64,000 nucleotides of DNA, from assembly GCA_963813155.1 (NCBI GenBank), contig CAWEYG010000002.1, positions 544,001-608,000 of the forward strand, written 5' to 3'. The notes under the pieces were generated by a model. It saw nothing but the letters and a program-made list of their open reading frames with translations. It was not told the DNA's origin and did not search any database. Position numbers and translations under genes: made by a program. The DNA comes from an uncultured Acidobacteriota bacterium (GTDB lineage Bacteria; Acidobacteriota; Thermoanaerobaculia; UBA5066; DATFVB01). Numbering within the stretch: position 1 is the first letter of the stretch; the number at the start of each line of letters is the position of its first letter. Of this stretch, positions 9,569 to 19,381 are shown piece by piece.

Positions 9569-11116
9569 ATGTCGGAAACGGGAGCCCGCAAATGGATCAT
9601 CACGATCACGGTGATCCTCGCCTCGGTGATCGAGCTCATCGACACCTCGATCGTGAACGTCGCGCTCCCGCAGATGATGGGAAATCTCGGCGCGACCCTG
9701 GACGAGGTCGCCTGGGTCGTCACGGCCTACGTCGTCGCGAACGTGATCGTCGTGCCGATGACCGGCTGGCTCTCCTCGCTCTTCGGCCGGCGAAACTATT
9801 TCGCGGGCTCGATCGTCCTGTTCACGATCGCCTCTTTCTTCTGCGGCCATGCGACCGGCATCTGGGAGCTCGTCGTGTTTCGTTTCATCCAGGGAGTCGG
9901 CGGAGGGGCGCTGCTCTCGACGTCGCAATCGATCCTCGTCGAGACCTTCCCGCCCGAGGAACTTGGCCTCGCCAACGGCCTGTTCGGCCTCGGGGTCGTC
10001 GTGGGCCCGACGATCGGCCCGACCCTCGGCGGCTGGATCACGGACAACTATTCGTGGCCGTGGATCTTCTACGTCAACATTCCGATCGGAATCGTCGCGG
10101 CGCTGCTGACCTTCGCGTTCATCCGGGACCCGAAGGAAAAGCGCCACGTCGGCGCCGTCGACTGGTGGGGGATCGCCCTGCTCGTCGCGGGAATCGGCTC
10201 GCTCCAGGTCGTCCTCGAGCGCGGCGAGCGCGAGGATTGGTTTTCCGCGGCTTACATCACGATCCTCGCGATCGTCGCGGTGGCCGGCATCGTCGGTTTC
10301 ATCTGGCGAGAGCTCGCGGCGGAGCATCCGATCGTCGACCTGAGGGTCCTCAAGGACCGTTCTCTCGCCGTCGGGACTCTCTTCACGTTCATTCTCGGCT
10401 TCGGCCTCTATTCGTCCGTTTTCATTTTCCCCGTTTTCGCGCAGAACCTGCTCGGGTTCACGGCGATGCAGACCGGGTTGATCCTGCTGCCCGGGGGCAT
10501 CGCGACGGCGATCATGATGCCGGTCGTCGGCAAGCTGATGCAGAGAGGATTCCCGCCGCAGATCATGAACGCGCTCGGGTTCGTCTCCTTCTTCGGATTC
10601 ACGTTCCTGTTGTCGCATTCGACCCTGGCGTCGGGCACGCACGACTTCTTCTGGCCCCTCATCCTGCGCGGCGTCGGGCTGGGCCTCCTCTTCGTTCCGC
10701 TGACCACGCTCGCTCTCTCGAATCTCCGCGGGAGGGACATTCCGCAGGGCGCGGGTTTCACGAACATGATGCGCCAGCTCGGCGGTTCCTTCGGCGTCGC
10801 TCTCGTCGCAACATTCATCCAGCACCGCTCCGCGACGCACCGCCAGAACCTGCTCGCGCACGTGTCCGTCTACGATTTCGCCCTGCGGCAGCGTCTCGAC
10901 TCGATTTCGAAAGGGTTCCTGGCGAAAGGCTCGAGCGCCTACCAGGCGCAGAAACAGGCGTACGCGGCCATCGAGGGAGCGGTCGCCCGGCAGACGTTCC
11001 TGTTGACCTACATGGACGCGTTTCGCGTCGTCGGGATCTTCTTCCTCCTCTGCATTCCGCTCCTGCTGCTCTTCAAACGGACCCGGCGGGGAGGGCCCGT
11101 CGCTCCGATGCACTGA
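9569..11116 (+). CDS. emrB: DHA2-family MFS efflux permease (EmrB/QacA)
   Basis: IDTSIVNVALP, GPTIGPTLGGWITD, WPWIFYVNIPIG; about 14 TM segments. Confidence 0.95.
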   Translation: MSETGARKWIITITVILASVIELIDTSIVNVALPQMMGNLGATLDEVAWVVTAYVVANVIVVPMTGWLSSLFGRRNYFAGSIVLFTIASFFCGHATGIWELVVFRFIQGVGGGALLSTSQSILVETFPPEELGLANGLFGLGVVVGPTIGPTLGGWITDNYSWPWIFYVNIPIGIVAALLTFAFIRDPKEKRHVGAVDWWGIALLVAGIGSLQVVLERGEREDWFSAAYITILAIVAVAGIVGFIWRELAAEHPIVDLRVLKDRSLAVGTLFTFILGFGLYSSVFIFPVFAQNLLGFTAMQTGLILLPGGIATAIMMPVVGKLMQRGFPPQIMNALGFVSFFGFTFLLSHSTLASGTHDFFWPLILRGVGLGLLFVPLTTLALSNLRGRDIPQGAGFTNMMRQLGGSFGVALVATFIQHRSATHRQNLLAHVSVYDFALRQRLDSISKGFLAKGSSAYQAQKQAYAAIEGAVARQTFLLTYMDAFRVVGIFFLLCIPLLLLFKRTRRGGPVAPMH

Positions 11117-11135
11117 AGATCCGACGAACGGGGGG

Positions 11136-11807
11136 CTATTTTCGCGCGGGGCGCCTCGCGGCGCGGAGGAGCACCGCGATCTCGTCGGGGCGGGGGTTGA
11201 CGAAATCCAGCCGGATGCGGCCGTCGGCAGTTTCGGAGATCGTCGCGGGAATCGAGCTCGCCGTCAGGTACCACTCGGCGGGGAGCACGACGGCGTTGCG
11301 CGGTCGGCCGAACGACCGGTCGAACACGAGCTCGTCGCCGTCCCGCCGGTAGCTCTTCGGGTCCGTGTAGGTTTCCGAGATCCGGAGCCGCACGGACTGC
11401 CCCTTGCGGACGGCCGGATAGCGGACCAGGACGATCTCCGAATCGGGACCGATCGGCTCGCCGATGTCGACGACCGCCTTCCGGATTTCCTCGCCCCGCA
11501 GCGTCTCGACCTTCAGCTCTTCTCCCGAGTCGAGAACTCGCGCGGAAGGCTTCGAAGCGCGGCTCCCCTTCCGAACGACGTTGACGTACTTGTCTTCGCC
11601 CGGTTTCGTCTCCGTGTAATCGTGGTAGAGGTCGAAGGAGTGCGAATCCGGGTCAAGAAGGAAATAGACGATCGTCCGGTCCTGGTGAGCGCGCTCGTCG
11701 AGCCGTTCGGCCTGAGGGTCCGGACGGCTCTCCGCCGCGAACGCCGCCCCGGCCGCGAAGATCGCCGCACCAAGGGTCACGGCCGCGAGGGTCGGCCGGG
11801 CCCTCAT
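11136..11807 (-). CDS. Secreted hypothetical protein (paralog of next gene)
   Basis: Signal peptide; TYTDPKSY..DGDELVFDRSFGRPRNAVVLP. Confidence 0.75.
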   Translation of the reverse strand: MRARPTLAAVTLGAAIFAAGAAFAAESRPDPQAERLDERAHQDRTIVYFLLDPDSHSFDLYHDYTETKPGEDKYVNVVRKGSRASKPSARVLDSGEELKVETLRGEEIRKAVVDIGEPIGPDSEIVLVRYPAVRKGQSVRLRISETYTDPKSYRRDGDELVFDRSFGRPRNAVVLPAEWYLTASSIPATISETADGRIRLDFVNPRPDEIAVLLRAARRPARK

Positions 11808-12424
11808 TGCGCGAGCTTCCTCGCCCGGAGGACGACCGACGCCGGGTCGAGAGCCAGGTTCATGAAAGAAATCTTCAGCCGACCGTCCGCCTCTCGGAGG
11901 ACCTGCGCCGCGACGTTGCATTCGATCACCTCGTAGCCGGGCGGAAGGACGATCGAATTTCGGCGAATTCCGAGCGACCGCGAAAACACGATCGTGTCGC
12001 CGGCGACGGTATAGCTCTTCGGGTCCTTGTACGTCTTGTCGATCAACAGGCGCACGCCGCCGTCTTTCGGGACGGGGCGCGGCAGCTTCACGCGGATGTA
12101 GGACACGTCGTTCTCCGCGTCGGAGAGCCCCCCGCGCCGAGCTTCCTCGCCGGACACCACGTCAAAGGAGAGCGGCAGTCCCGAGGCGACGTCCACGACC
12201 GACTCGCCGCTCGCCTCGCTTCCCTTTCGAATCGGGTTGAAGAAATAAGCGGCGCCCGGCGAAGTTGCGGTGACCTCGTACAGGATGTGGAACTGCGACG
12301 TGCCGGGGGCGAGCAACTCGTAGCGCGTGTACTCGTCGGACTCCGACGGAGCGGCAGCCGCGGCGACGAGGACGCGGACCGAAAGGAGCGCGAGTCCGAG
12401 GAAGGCGAAACGGAGCGTCTTCAC
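11804..12424 (-). CDS. Secreted hypothetical protein
   Basis: Signal peptide; TYKDPKSY..AGDTIVFSRSLGIRRNSIVLP; 4-nt overlap with next gene. Confidence 0.75.
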   Translation of the reverse strand: MKTLRFAFLGLALLSVRVLVAAAAAPSESDEYTRYELLAPGTSQFHILYEVTATSPGAAYFFNPIRKGSEASGESVVDVASGLPLSFDVVSGEEARRGGLSDAENDVSYIRVKLPRPVPKDGGVRLLIDKTYKDPKSYTVAGDTIVFSRSLGIRRNSIVLPPGYEVIECNVAAQVLREADGRLKISFMNLALDPASVVLRARKLAQ

Positions 12425-12495
12425 TTCCGAAAGCGTAACACGGAGGCGCTTGGCATTCTCGACGCGCGCGGATAGAGTGGGAACGAGGTGAGGAA

Positions 12496-12921
12496 ATGAA
12501 ACGAAAAGCTTCGGCTGTGTGGAACGGCGGGCTCAAAGACGGAAAAGGGGCGATCTCGACGGACAGCGGCGTCCTCTCGAAAACGCAGTATTCCTTCGGC
12601 ACCCGTTTCGAGAACGGAGCGGGGACGAACCCGGAGGAGCTCATCGCGGCCGCGCACGCGGGCTGTTTCTCGATGGCGCTCTCGGGCCAGCTCGGAGCCG
12701 CGGGGTTGACCGCGGAGGCGATCCACACGACCGCGACGGCGACGTTCGAAAAGCTCGAGGCGGGCTGGACGATCACGGAGATGCACCTCGACGTGACCGC
12801 GAAGGTCCCGGGCGCCGACCAGGCGAAATTCGACACGGCCGCGAACAACGCGAAGACCGGCTGCCCGATCTCGCGCGTCCTCAACGCGAAGATCACGATG
12901 GACGCGAAGCTCGAGGCGTAA
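12496..12921 (+). CDS. osmC: OsmC peroxiredoxin
   Basis: GTNPEELIAAAHAGCFSMALS and CPISR. Confidence 0.96.
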   Translation: MKRKASAVWNGGLKDGKGAISTDSGVLSKTQYSFGTRFENGAGTNPEELIAAAHAGCFSMALSGQLGAAGLTAEAIHTTATATFEKLEAGWTITEMHLDVTAKVPGADQAKFDTAANNAKTGCPISRVLNAKITMDAKLEA

Positions 12922-12975
12922 GAAGCTCACTCGCCGACCTGACAGGACCCGCGCGGCTCGCGTCGGCTCGAGTTT

Positions 12976-14778
12976 CTACTTCTGCGTCGCGATCACGGCC
13001 GAGAGCTCTTCGACCGAGCGCAGCATCCCGCCGCGCACGACCGATTTGAGCTTCCTCAGGTTCGCGATGTCTTTCGTCGGGTCTGCCGCAACGACGAGGA
13101 GGTCCGCGATCTTCCCCTTCTCGATCGTCCCGATCTCCTTCTCGCGCCGCATCGCGAGGCTTCCGCCGCGCGTCGAGGCGACGAGGACTTCCATCGGCGT
13201 CATTCCCGCCTTCTGCATCGCTTCCATTTCCGCATAGACGGAAACTCCGTGCAGCGTCAGGGGGTTGCCGGCGTCGGTGCCCATGGCGATTGGAATTCCC
13301 GCATTCTTCACCGCCAACAGGTTTCCCCCCATGAACGTCCCCATCCTCGCGACGCGATCGCGCATCCGGCCGATCCGTGCGGCGTCGACGCCCGACGAGA
13401 GCCCGGCCGTCTCGGCGACGCGGGCCCGGGTCGCCGGATCGACGCAACGGTTCGGATCGTCGATCTCCGGCTCGCGCTTCGCGTCGGCGGCCTCGTACAT
13501 CTTCAAGTAGCCGGAGACGACCGTCAGAGTGGGGCAATAGATCGTGCCGTTTTTCTTCGCGAGGTCGAGGAATTCCGCGTCGACCGGCGCGTCGTCGACG
13601 CTGTGAACGAGCATCTTCGCTCCGGAGCGCAGCGCCGCCTTCGCCTCCGCGAGGCCCGTCGCGTGGACGATCAGCGGCAGGTGGGCCTTCGCCGCTTCTT
13701 CCCCCGCCGCCCGAACGGCGGGCTCGGACGCCTCCACGGGAAGGTCCTTGTTGACGATGTACCAGACCTTGACGGCCTGCGCGCCGCGCGAGACGAGGTA
13801 CGAGACTTCCGATTTCGCAGACTCCGCGTCCTTCAGCAACATGAACTGCCGCTCGGCCGGGAGATTCAGCCAGTGGTCAAGCGTCGACAGCAGGGGGCCG
13901 GCGGCCGACACGTGCGGCGCGCGCGGATCGTCCTCCGCGAGCTTCGGCAGGCCCAGCGTCCAGGCGTACCCGCCGACGTCGAAGACTCCTGTCACGCCGG
14001 AACAAAGGTCGGTTCGAAAAAACCTCTCGGGATGGGAGCGCAGGTCCGCCTCCACCTCCTCGTACGGATGGCTCTTCCGCACGTCGAGCGCGTCCGGGCG
14101 CCCATCGGCCCAGCCGGTCTGCGAGAAATGCACGTGCGCGTCGATCACGCCCGGCGTGACCCACATCCCGCGGACGTCGTCCACGAGGATCCCCTCGGGG
14201 AGCGGGCACGCGCGCCGGCTGCCCGCGCAGTCGACCTTTCCCCCGCGAACAATGACAACGGCGTCGGGGACCGGCGCGGCTCCCGTTCCATCGACGAGCG
14301 TCGCGCCCACGAGCGCGCGGGGAGGCGGCGGCGTGCCGGCGGGAGCGTCGAACGCCGTCGTGACCGCGATCTTCCAGCCCTCGGGCGTCTGGCGGAAGAC
14401 CCTTTCCGAGATGCCCGCGTGCTCTTCCGCGCCGTAGCGGACGCGGTAGCGATAGGTACCGTAGACGACTCCCGGCGAGATCGGGACGAGCTGGAGGTCT
14501 TCCGCATCGAACGTGTCCGGCCACGCCTCGCCCGCGCTCTTCTCGATGGATTCGTATCCGAGAGAAGGACCTTCCCAGCCGGTCAGGGCGAGGCCCGGGG
14601 AGCGGAGATAGCAGGCGAGGTAGGCCGTCTTGTCGCGACTCCGGATCGCGCGAAGGTTCTTTTCGAACAGCTCGCGCGCGGCGCGGCGGTCCGCCGAGGG
14701 GTCCGGCGGAGACGCGAAGGCCGCCGAGGCGGCGAGCAGAGCCAGGGAAAGGAACGCGACGGCCTTCTTCATCTTCAT
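12976..14778 (-). CDS. Secreted amidohydrolase with N-terminal NTF2/SnoaL-like domain
   Basis: PGVIDAHVH, VHA, GTDAG, GKIADLLV; about 120-aa N-terminal domain ending EGWKIAV. Confidence 0.85.
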   Translation of the reverse strand: MKMKKAVAFLSLALLAASAAFASPPDPSADRRAARELFEKNLRAIRSRDKTAYLACYLRSPGLALTGWEGPSLGYESIEKSAGEAWPDTFDAEDLQLVPISPGVVYGTYRYRVRYGAEEHAGISERVFRQTPEGWKIAVTTAFDAPAGTPPPPRALVGATLVDGTGAAPVPDAVVIVRGGKVDCAGSRRACPLPEGILVDDVRGMWVTPGVIDAHVHFSQTGWADGRPDALDVRKSHPYEEVEADLRSHPERFFRTDLCSGVTGVFDVGGYAWTLGLPKLAEDDPRAPHVSAAGPLLSTLDHWLNLPAERQFMLLKDAESAKSEVSYLVSRGAQAVKVWYIVNKDLPVEASEPAVRAAGEEAAKAHLPLIVHATGLAEAKAALRSGAKMLVHSVDDAPVDAEFLDLAKKNGTIYCPTLTVVSGYLKMYEAADAKREPEIDDPNRCVDPATRARVAETAGLSSGVDAARIGRMRDRVARMGTFMGGNLLAVKNAGIPIAMGTDAGNPLTLHGVSVYAEMEAMQKAGMTPMEVLVASTRGGSLAMRREKEIGTIEKGKIADLLVVAADPTKDIANLRKLKSVVRGGMLRSVEELSAVIATQK

Positions 14779-14782
14779 CCTT

Positions 14783-15478
14783 TCAGCTGATGAGCTTCGC
14801 GATGCCGAAAGCCGCGGCCGCGGCGAGACCCCCGACGACGGCGGTCTGCCAGGCGCTTCGAAACGGCTTGCGAACGGTGAATCGTCCCTTCACGTATCCG
14901 AAGACGAGAAGAGCGGCGAGCGTGACCGCGATCGAGCCGATCAGAGCCTCCCGGGTCTCGCGAAAAAAGAAGTAGGGCGCGAGCGGAACGAGGCCGCCCG
15001 CGATGTACGAGAGCGCGATCGTCAGCGCGCTCGTCCGCGCCCGCTTCGGGTCCGGCTTCTCGAGGCCGAGCTCGAATCGCATCATGAAATCGATCCAGCG
15101 CCCGCGATCCGCCCGGATCGCGTGAGCGGCGCGCGAAGCTTCTTCTTTCGGCAGCCCGTAGGAGTGAAAGATCTCCGCGACCTCGCGGGTCTCCTCTTCC
15201 GGAATCTCGATCGTTTCCCGCCGCTCGCGCGCGTGTTCCGACGCATAGTGCTCCGCGTCGGTTCGCGCCGCGAGGTACCCGCCGAGTCCCATCGCGATCG
15301 AGCCCGCGGCGATCTCGGCCAGTCCCGCCGTGATCACGACGCGCGTCGATCCGACCGCGCCCGACAGGCCGGCCGCGAGAGCGAACGGCACCGTGAGCCC
15401 GTCGGACATTCCGATCACGACGTCCCGGATGGTCTCCGACGACGTGAAGTGTTTTTCCACGTGGGGAGTCTGAGGCAT
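14783..15478 (-). CDS. VIT1/CCC1 iron/manganese transporter
   Basis: DVVIGMSDGLTVPFALAAG, AEIAAGSIAMGLGGYLA. Confidence 0.95.
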   Translation of the reverse strand: MPQTPHVEKHFTSSETIRDVVIGMSDGLTVPFALAAGLSGAVGSTRVVITAGLAEIAAGSIAMGLGGYLAARTDAEHYASEHARERRETIEIPEEETREVAEIFHSYGLPKEEASRAAHAIRADRGRWIDFMMRFELGLEKPDPKRARTSALTIALSYIAGGLVPLAPYFFFRETREALIGSIAVTLAALLVFGYVKGRFTVRKPFRSAWQTAVVGGLAAAAAFGIAKLIS

Positions 15479-15596
15479 GAGTGCTCCTCGGCTTCGGGTG
15501 ACTCTATCGCAGGCCGGCGGCGGGGAGCGGCGCGGTCGGCTGAATTCCGGTTTTTCCGGTGCCCCGCCCCCCTATAATCGCCGAGGGGGGAAGCCC

Positions 15597-16787
15597 ATGA
15601 AAGCTCTCACGGCGTTTTTCGCCGCCGCGCTCGGCGCCGGCGCGCTGCTGGCCCAGACCGTCGACCAGAACAAGTTCAAGCCTCTCCACGACGCGGGAAA
15701 GGCGTTCGAGAAGGGCCTCGACGATCCGAGCGCCTCGGTCGAAGAGGTTCGCGATCTCCGGCAGAAGCTCGATCGCGAAGCCGCGGTTTCCGCGGGAGCC
15801 GCCGCGACGGCCGAGGAGAAAAGGGTCGTCGAGATCTATTCCGCCTCCGCTCGGGGCTACCAGGATGCCCGGGACCGCTTCGATCGGGACAAATCGCGCG
15901 CGAAGTATTTCGCCGATCTTCACCGAATCCAGTCGGAGCTGAAAGAGGCCGACGAGCTCTACAACGGCACGGCGAAGTTGGCGCCCCCTCCTCCTCCAAA
16001 AGCGGCTCCCCCGGCCGTCGTTTCCGAGCCGAGCGTGGCTCCCGCGCCGCCAGCTCCGGCAAGAGTCCCGCCGGCGCCTCCGGTCCAGGCCCCGCCCCCG
16101 CCCGCGCCCGTCATTCCGCCGGCTCCTCCGGTCAAAACACCGCCGCCTCCTGCCTCGGTCGTTCCGCCTACGCCCCCGGTCGTCGTCCCTCCGCCTCCTG
16201 CGCCCGTGGCGCCCCCGGCGCCCCCGGTCGTCGTCCCTCCGCCCCCTGCGCCCGTGGCGCCCCCGGCTCCTCCCATCGTCGTCCCTCCGCCTCCCGCGCC
16301 GGTCACACCGCCTTCGGCGGCCGAGTCGATGCCGGCCGCGGTGGCGGCGCCGCCCCCCGTCGCGGAAAAGACCGCTCCACCGACACCCGAGCCCCCCGCA
16401 ACGCCTCCGCCCGCTCCCGCGACTCCACCGGTTGCTCCGCCCCCCGCTCCTCCGCCGGCCGCGCTCCCCCGGGAGGCGCCCCCTGCGCCCTCGGCCGAAC
16501 CCGCGCCGCCCCGCGCGGACGTCGCCCTGAACAGTTTCCGGAAGGCCGCAAACCGCGTGAAGATCGACAAGGACTCGTCGGCGGTGTCCGGATGCTCCCG
16601 CGTCGCGGAGTTCACGGTCGCGGATTCGGGAAGCGGCGTCTACGAGATCGCCGGCCACAACTTCTATTACGGCAACACCCAGGAGTTGATCCGGCTGAAG
16701 ACCGCCGAAGCCGGGGGGGACCGGTTCGTCATGAAAGCAAAGTCGAAGACCGAGATCTCGGGCGAGGCGTACCGCTGCGGCAAGTAG
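15597..16787 (+). CDS. Secreted protein with long Pro-rich linker
   Basis: Signal peptide, helical N-domain, Pro/Ala linker, C-domain ending GEAYRCGK. Confidence 0.75.
   Translation: MKALTAFFAAALGAGALLAQTVDQNKFKPLHDAGKAFEKGLDDPSASVEEVRDLRQKLDREAAVSAGAAATAEEKRVVEIYSASARGYQDARDRFDRDKSRAKYFADLHRIQSELKEADELYNGTAKLAPPPPPKAAPPAVVSEPSVAPAPPAPARVPPAPPVQAPPPPAPVIPPAPPVKTPPPPASVVPPTPPVVVPPPPAPVAPPAPPVVVPPPPAPVAPPAPPIVVPPPPAPVTPPSAAESMPAAVAAPPPVAEKTAPPTPEPPATPPPAPATPPVAPPPAPPPAALPREAPPAPSAEPAPPRADVALNSFRKAANRVKIDKDSSAVSGCSRVAEFTVADSGSGVYEIAGHNFYYGNTQELIRLKTAEAGGDRFVMKAKSKTEISGEAYRCGK
16050..16312 (+). repeat. Intragenic tandem repeats of about 45 bp (PPPPAPVAPPAPPVVV)
   Basis: Repeated gtcgtccctccgcc...gcgcccgtggcgcccccggc units. 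Confidence 0.8.
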
Positions 16788-16804
16788 GCGGGACCGCGAT
16801 TTCT

Positions 16805-16831
16805 GGAAACTTTTTCCGGCGGCTCTCGTCT
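16805..16831 (+). promoter_or_regulatory. ECF-sigma-type promoter
   Basis: GGAAAC-N16-CGTCT upstream of DUF4097 gene. Confidence 0.5.
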
Positions 16832-16860
16832 CTTGGAAGGAAGAGAGACGGGAGGGATCC

Positions 16861-17802
16861 ATGCGCCTCGAAACCACACTTCTCCTGGCCGCGCTTTCCG
16901 CGGGCCTCGCCGGCGGCCTTCGGGCCGATTCGCGAGTCGAAAAGACCCTGAAGCTCGCTCCGGGAGGGCGGTTCGTGCTCGACACCGACGATGGAGGCGT
17001 CGTCGTGACCGGCAAGGCCGGCGACACCGCGCACGTCGTGTTCACGTCTCCGAGAAGCGATCTCGAGGATCACCTCGCGATCCGATTCGAAGCCGGCGCG
17101 AGCTCGGTGAGCGTCACCGCGAAGAACCGGCGCCACGGCTGGCTGGAGCACTGGAACGGCCGCGTGCGCGTCGAGGTGGAGGTTCCGTTTCAGACCGCCG
17201 TCGAAATCCACACGGCAGGCGGATCGATCGACGTGAAAGGGCTTCGGGCCTCGGCACGGCTTCGGACCTCGGGCGGCGGGGTCGCGGCGGCGGACCTGGC
17301 TGGAGACCTCGACGCGGACACCTCCGGCGGATCGATCGATCTTCGCGACCTCCGCGGATCGAGCCGCGTGCGGACCTCCGGAGGTGGAATCGAAGCGGTC
17401 CACATCGACGGGCCGCTCGATGCCGGATCGAGCGGCGGGTCCGTCGAGATCCAGCAGATCAGCGGCGACCTCCGAGCCCATAGCTCCGGGGGGCCGATCC
17501 GGATCACCGAGGCGGGGGGCAGGATCGATGCGGACACGTCCGGCGGCGGCATTCATGCCTCCTTCGCCCGCGGAAACTCGAAGGGCGGACACCTGGAAAG
17601 CTCGGGCGGAGGCATCACGGTTTCGGTGGATCCCGCGGCGAGCCTGTCGATCGACGCGGAGGGAGACAGCGTGGACACGGATCTTCCGCTCCAGATTCGC
17701 GGGTCCGTCTCCCACGGGTCGCTGCACGGCCAACTCAACGGCGGTGGTTCGCCGCTGCGCCTCGAGACTTCCGGAGGATCCGTCAGAATCCGGGCGCTCT
17801 AG
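16861..17802 (+). CDS. DUF4097 beta-strand repeat protein
   Basis: Repeated TSGG.I motifs; signal peptide. Confidence 0.9.
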   Translation: MRLETTLLLAALSAGLAGGLRADSRVEKTLKLAPGGRFVLDTDDGGVVVTGKAGDTAHVVFTSPRSDLEDHLAIRFEAGASSVSVTAKNRRHGWLEHWNGRVRVEVEVPFQTAVEIHTAGGSIDVKGLRASARLRTSGGGVAAADLAGDLDADTSGGSIDLRDLRGSSRVRTSGGGIEAVHIDGPLDAGSSGGSVEIQQISGDLRAHSSGGPIRITEAGGRIDADTSGGGIHASFARGNSKGGHLESSGGGITVSVDPAASLSIDAEGDSVDTDLPLQIRGSVSHGSLHGQLNGGGSPLRLETSGGSVRIRAL

Positions 17803-17826
17803 GGCCCCGGAGAATCCGGCCCGCGG

Positions 17827-17842
17827 CGGCACGAGATATGCA
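17827..17842 (+). promoter_or_regulatory. sigma54-like promoter (near-leaderless)
   Basis: CGGCACGAGATATGCA, 12 nt before ATG 17855. Confidence 0.45.
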
Positions 17843-17854
17843 CCTGGCAGGGGC

Positions 17855-18214
17855 ATGGGGCGAAGAACGCTGCTCCTCGCCGTGTTCGCGAGCGGACTTC
17901 TGACGGCGGCTTCCGGACAGGTCAAACCGCCCGATGCGCCGCCGTTCAAGCCGCCCCCGGACATCAACCATCCGAAATCGCCCGACGAGCCGCCGGGAGC
18001 TCCGGAGAAAACCACCGGAACGGTCCAGAGCTACGAGAAGGCCAAATCCCTCGTGCTGACGACTCCGGACGGTTCCCGGTCCTTCGACCTCGCGCACGCC
18101 GAGGTTTCGGGCGACACCGACTTCGAAGTCGGGGATCAGGTGACCGTCATCAAGATCGTTCGCTCGAACGGACAGGTCGTTCTCGCGATCGCAAAGGAAG
18201 CTCCGCGCGAATAG
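17855..18214 (+). CDS. Small secreted protein, OB-fold-like C-terminus
   Basis: Signal peptide; GTVQSYE...FEVGDQVTV. Confidence 0.65.
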   Translation: MGRRTLLLAVFASGLLTAASGQVKPPDAPPFKPPPDINHPKSPDEPPGAPEKTTGTVQSYEKAKSLVLTTPDGSRSFDLAHAEVSGDTDFEVGDQVTVIKIVRSNGQVVLAIAKEAPRE

Positions 18215-18250
18215 AACGAATTTCCGCTCGTCCGTTGTAATGTCGCGCTC

Positions 18251-18610
18251 GTGGAGAGCGTTTCCCCGGCCGAATTCGAAGAGCTCGTTTCCGAGGCGCT
18301 CGATTCGATTCCCTCCGAATTTCAACGGTACCTCGTAAACACGCTCGTCTCGGTGGAAGACAACCCGTCCGCGAGAACGCTTCAGGAGCTCGGTGTTCGC
18401 CCCGGATCGACGCTCTTCGGGCTCTACACGGGGGTTCCCCTGACGAAACGGGAATCCAATTTCGCCGCGCTGCCGGACGCGATCGTGCTCTTTCGCGGCC
18501 CGATCCTGCGGTTCTGTCGCACCCGGGACGAAGTCGTCGGCCAGATTCGCAAAACCGTCGTCCACGAGATCGGACACTTCTTCGGCCTGGCCGACGATCA
18601 ACTCCCTTAG
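18251..18610 (+). CDS. Zincin-like minimal metallopeptidase (DUF1025 type)
   Basis: LFGLYTGVPL, PDAIVLFRGPI, TVVHEIGHFFG. Confidence 0.9.
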   Translation: MESVSPAEFEELVSEALDSIPSEFQRYLVNTLVSVEDNPSARTLQELGVRPGSTLFGLYTGVPLTKRESNFAALPDAIVLFRGPILRFCRTRDEVVGQIRKTVVHEIGHFFGLADDQLP

Positions 18611-18616
18611 CCGCCG

Positions 18617-19381
18617 TCAGTTCGGAGGCAACGCCGGAATCCGCTCGCGGACGAGAGTCGCGAACTTCCGAAGCTCGGCCGGGTCGACGTCGGAAACGGA
18701 CCAGAACGTCATCCCTCCGCGCGTCCAGTGGAGAACGTGAAACCCGTTCTCGTTCCATTCCGTCTCGTCCGACCGACCCTCCGACGGCCAAAGGAAGACG
18801 TTGATCGCGTGCTTGCGCCGCCGGTACACGAGCGCGGCGACGGTGCGTCCTCCGGCATAGTCGAGCCGTCCCCCCTCGAGAGGAAACCCGGCGTCTGCGA
18901 GGTCGACAACCGGGGGCGAGTAGTCGAGCTTTCCGGAAAACCACGGCTTCACCGTGTGCTGGTCGGAAGAGACCACGTCCGTCATGTGCCCGGGCAGCGT
19001 CGCCCGAATCTGCGCGGCCACGACCTCCCGGGCGATGGAGGCTCCGCCGCGATCGGCGCGCGGCAAGAGCTTCGCGCCGGCGAGGGTGAGGAGAGAGCCC
19101 GCCACGAGCGAGGCCGCGAGAGGCAGGAAGGATCGAAATCGCGAGGCCGCCCTCCAGGGAAGGCGCGGCGAAAATCCGGCCGGGGCCTCGAACGCGAGCG
19201 AGCGTTCCCTCAGCGCCGAGCCGAGCGCCGCGGTCGCGCGCGCGCGGGTCCGGCACGACTCGCAGCCCGCGAGGTGATTTTCCAGGGGAATCGCCTCGAG
19301 AGCACCCAGCTCGCCGTCGTGGTGCAATCCGATGAGCCGGCGCGCCTCCGCGCAGCCGAGCTCCGCCGTACTTTCCGTCAT
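18617..19381 (-). CDS. Zinc-finger anti-sigma factor, membrane anchored
   Basis: HLAGCESC (HxxxCxxC), TM segment, SSDQHTVKPWFSGKLDYSPPV. Confidence 0.92.
   Translation of the reverse strand: MTESTAELGCAEARRLIGLHHDGELGALEAIPLENHLAGCESCRTRARATAALGSALRERSLAFEAPAGFSPRLPWRAASRFRSFLPLAASLVAGSLLTLAGAKLLPRADRGGASIAREVVAAQIRATLPGHMTDVVSSDQHTVKPWFSGKLDYSPPVVDLADAGFPLEGGRLDYAGGRTVAALVYRRRKHAINVFLWPSEGRSDETEWNENGFHVLHWTRGGMTFWSVSDVDPAELRKFATLVRERIPALPPN

Noticed and set aside
15985-16510. Tandem repeats as a possible CRISPR array or VNTR element
   Set aside because: In-frame Pro-rich coding repeats with no unique spacers and no cas genes.
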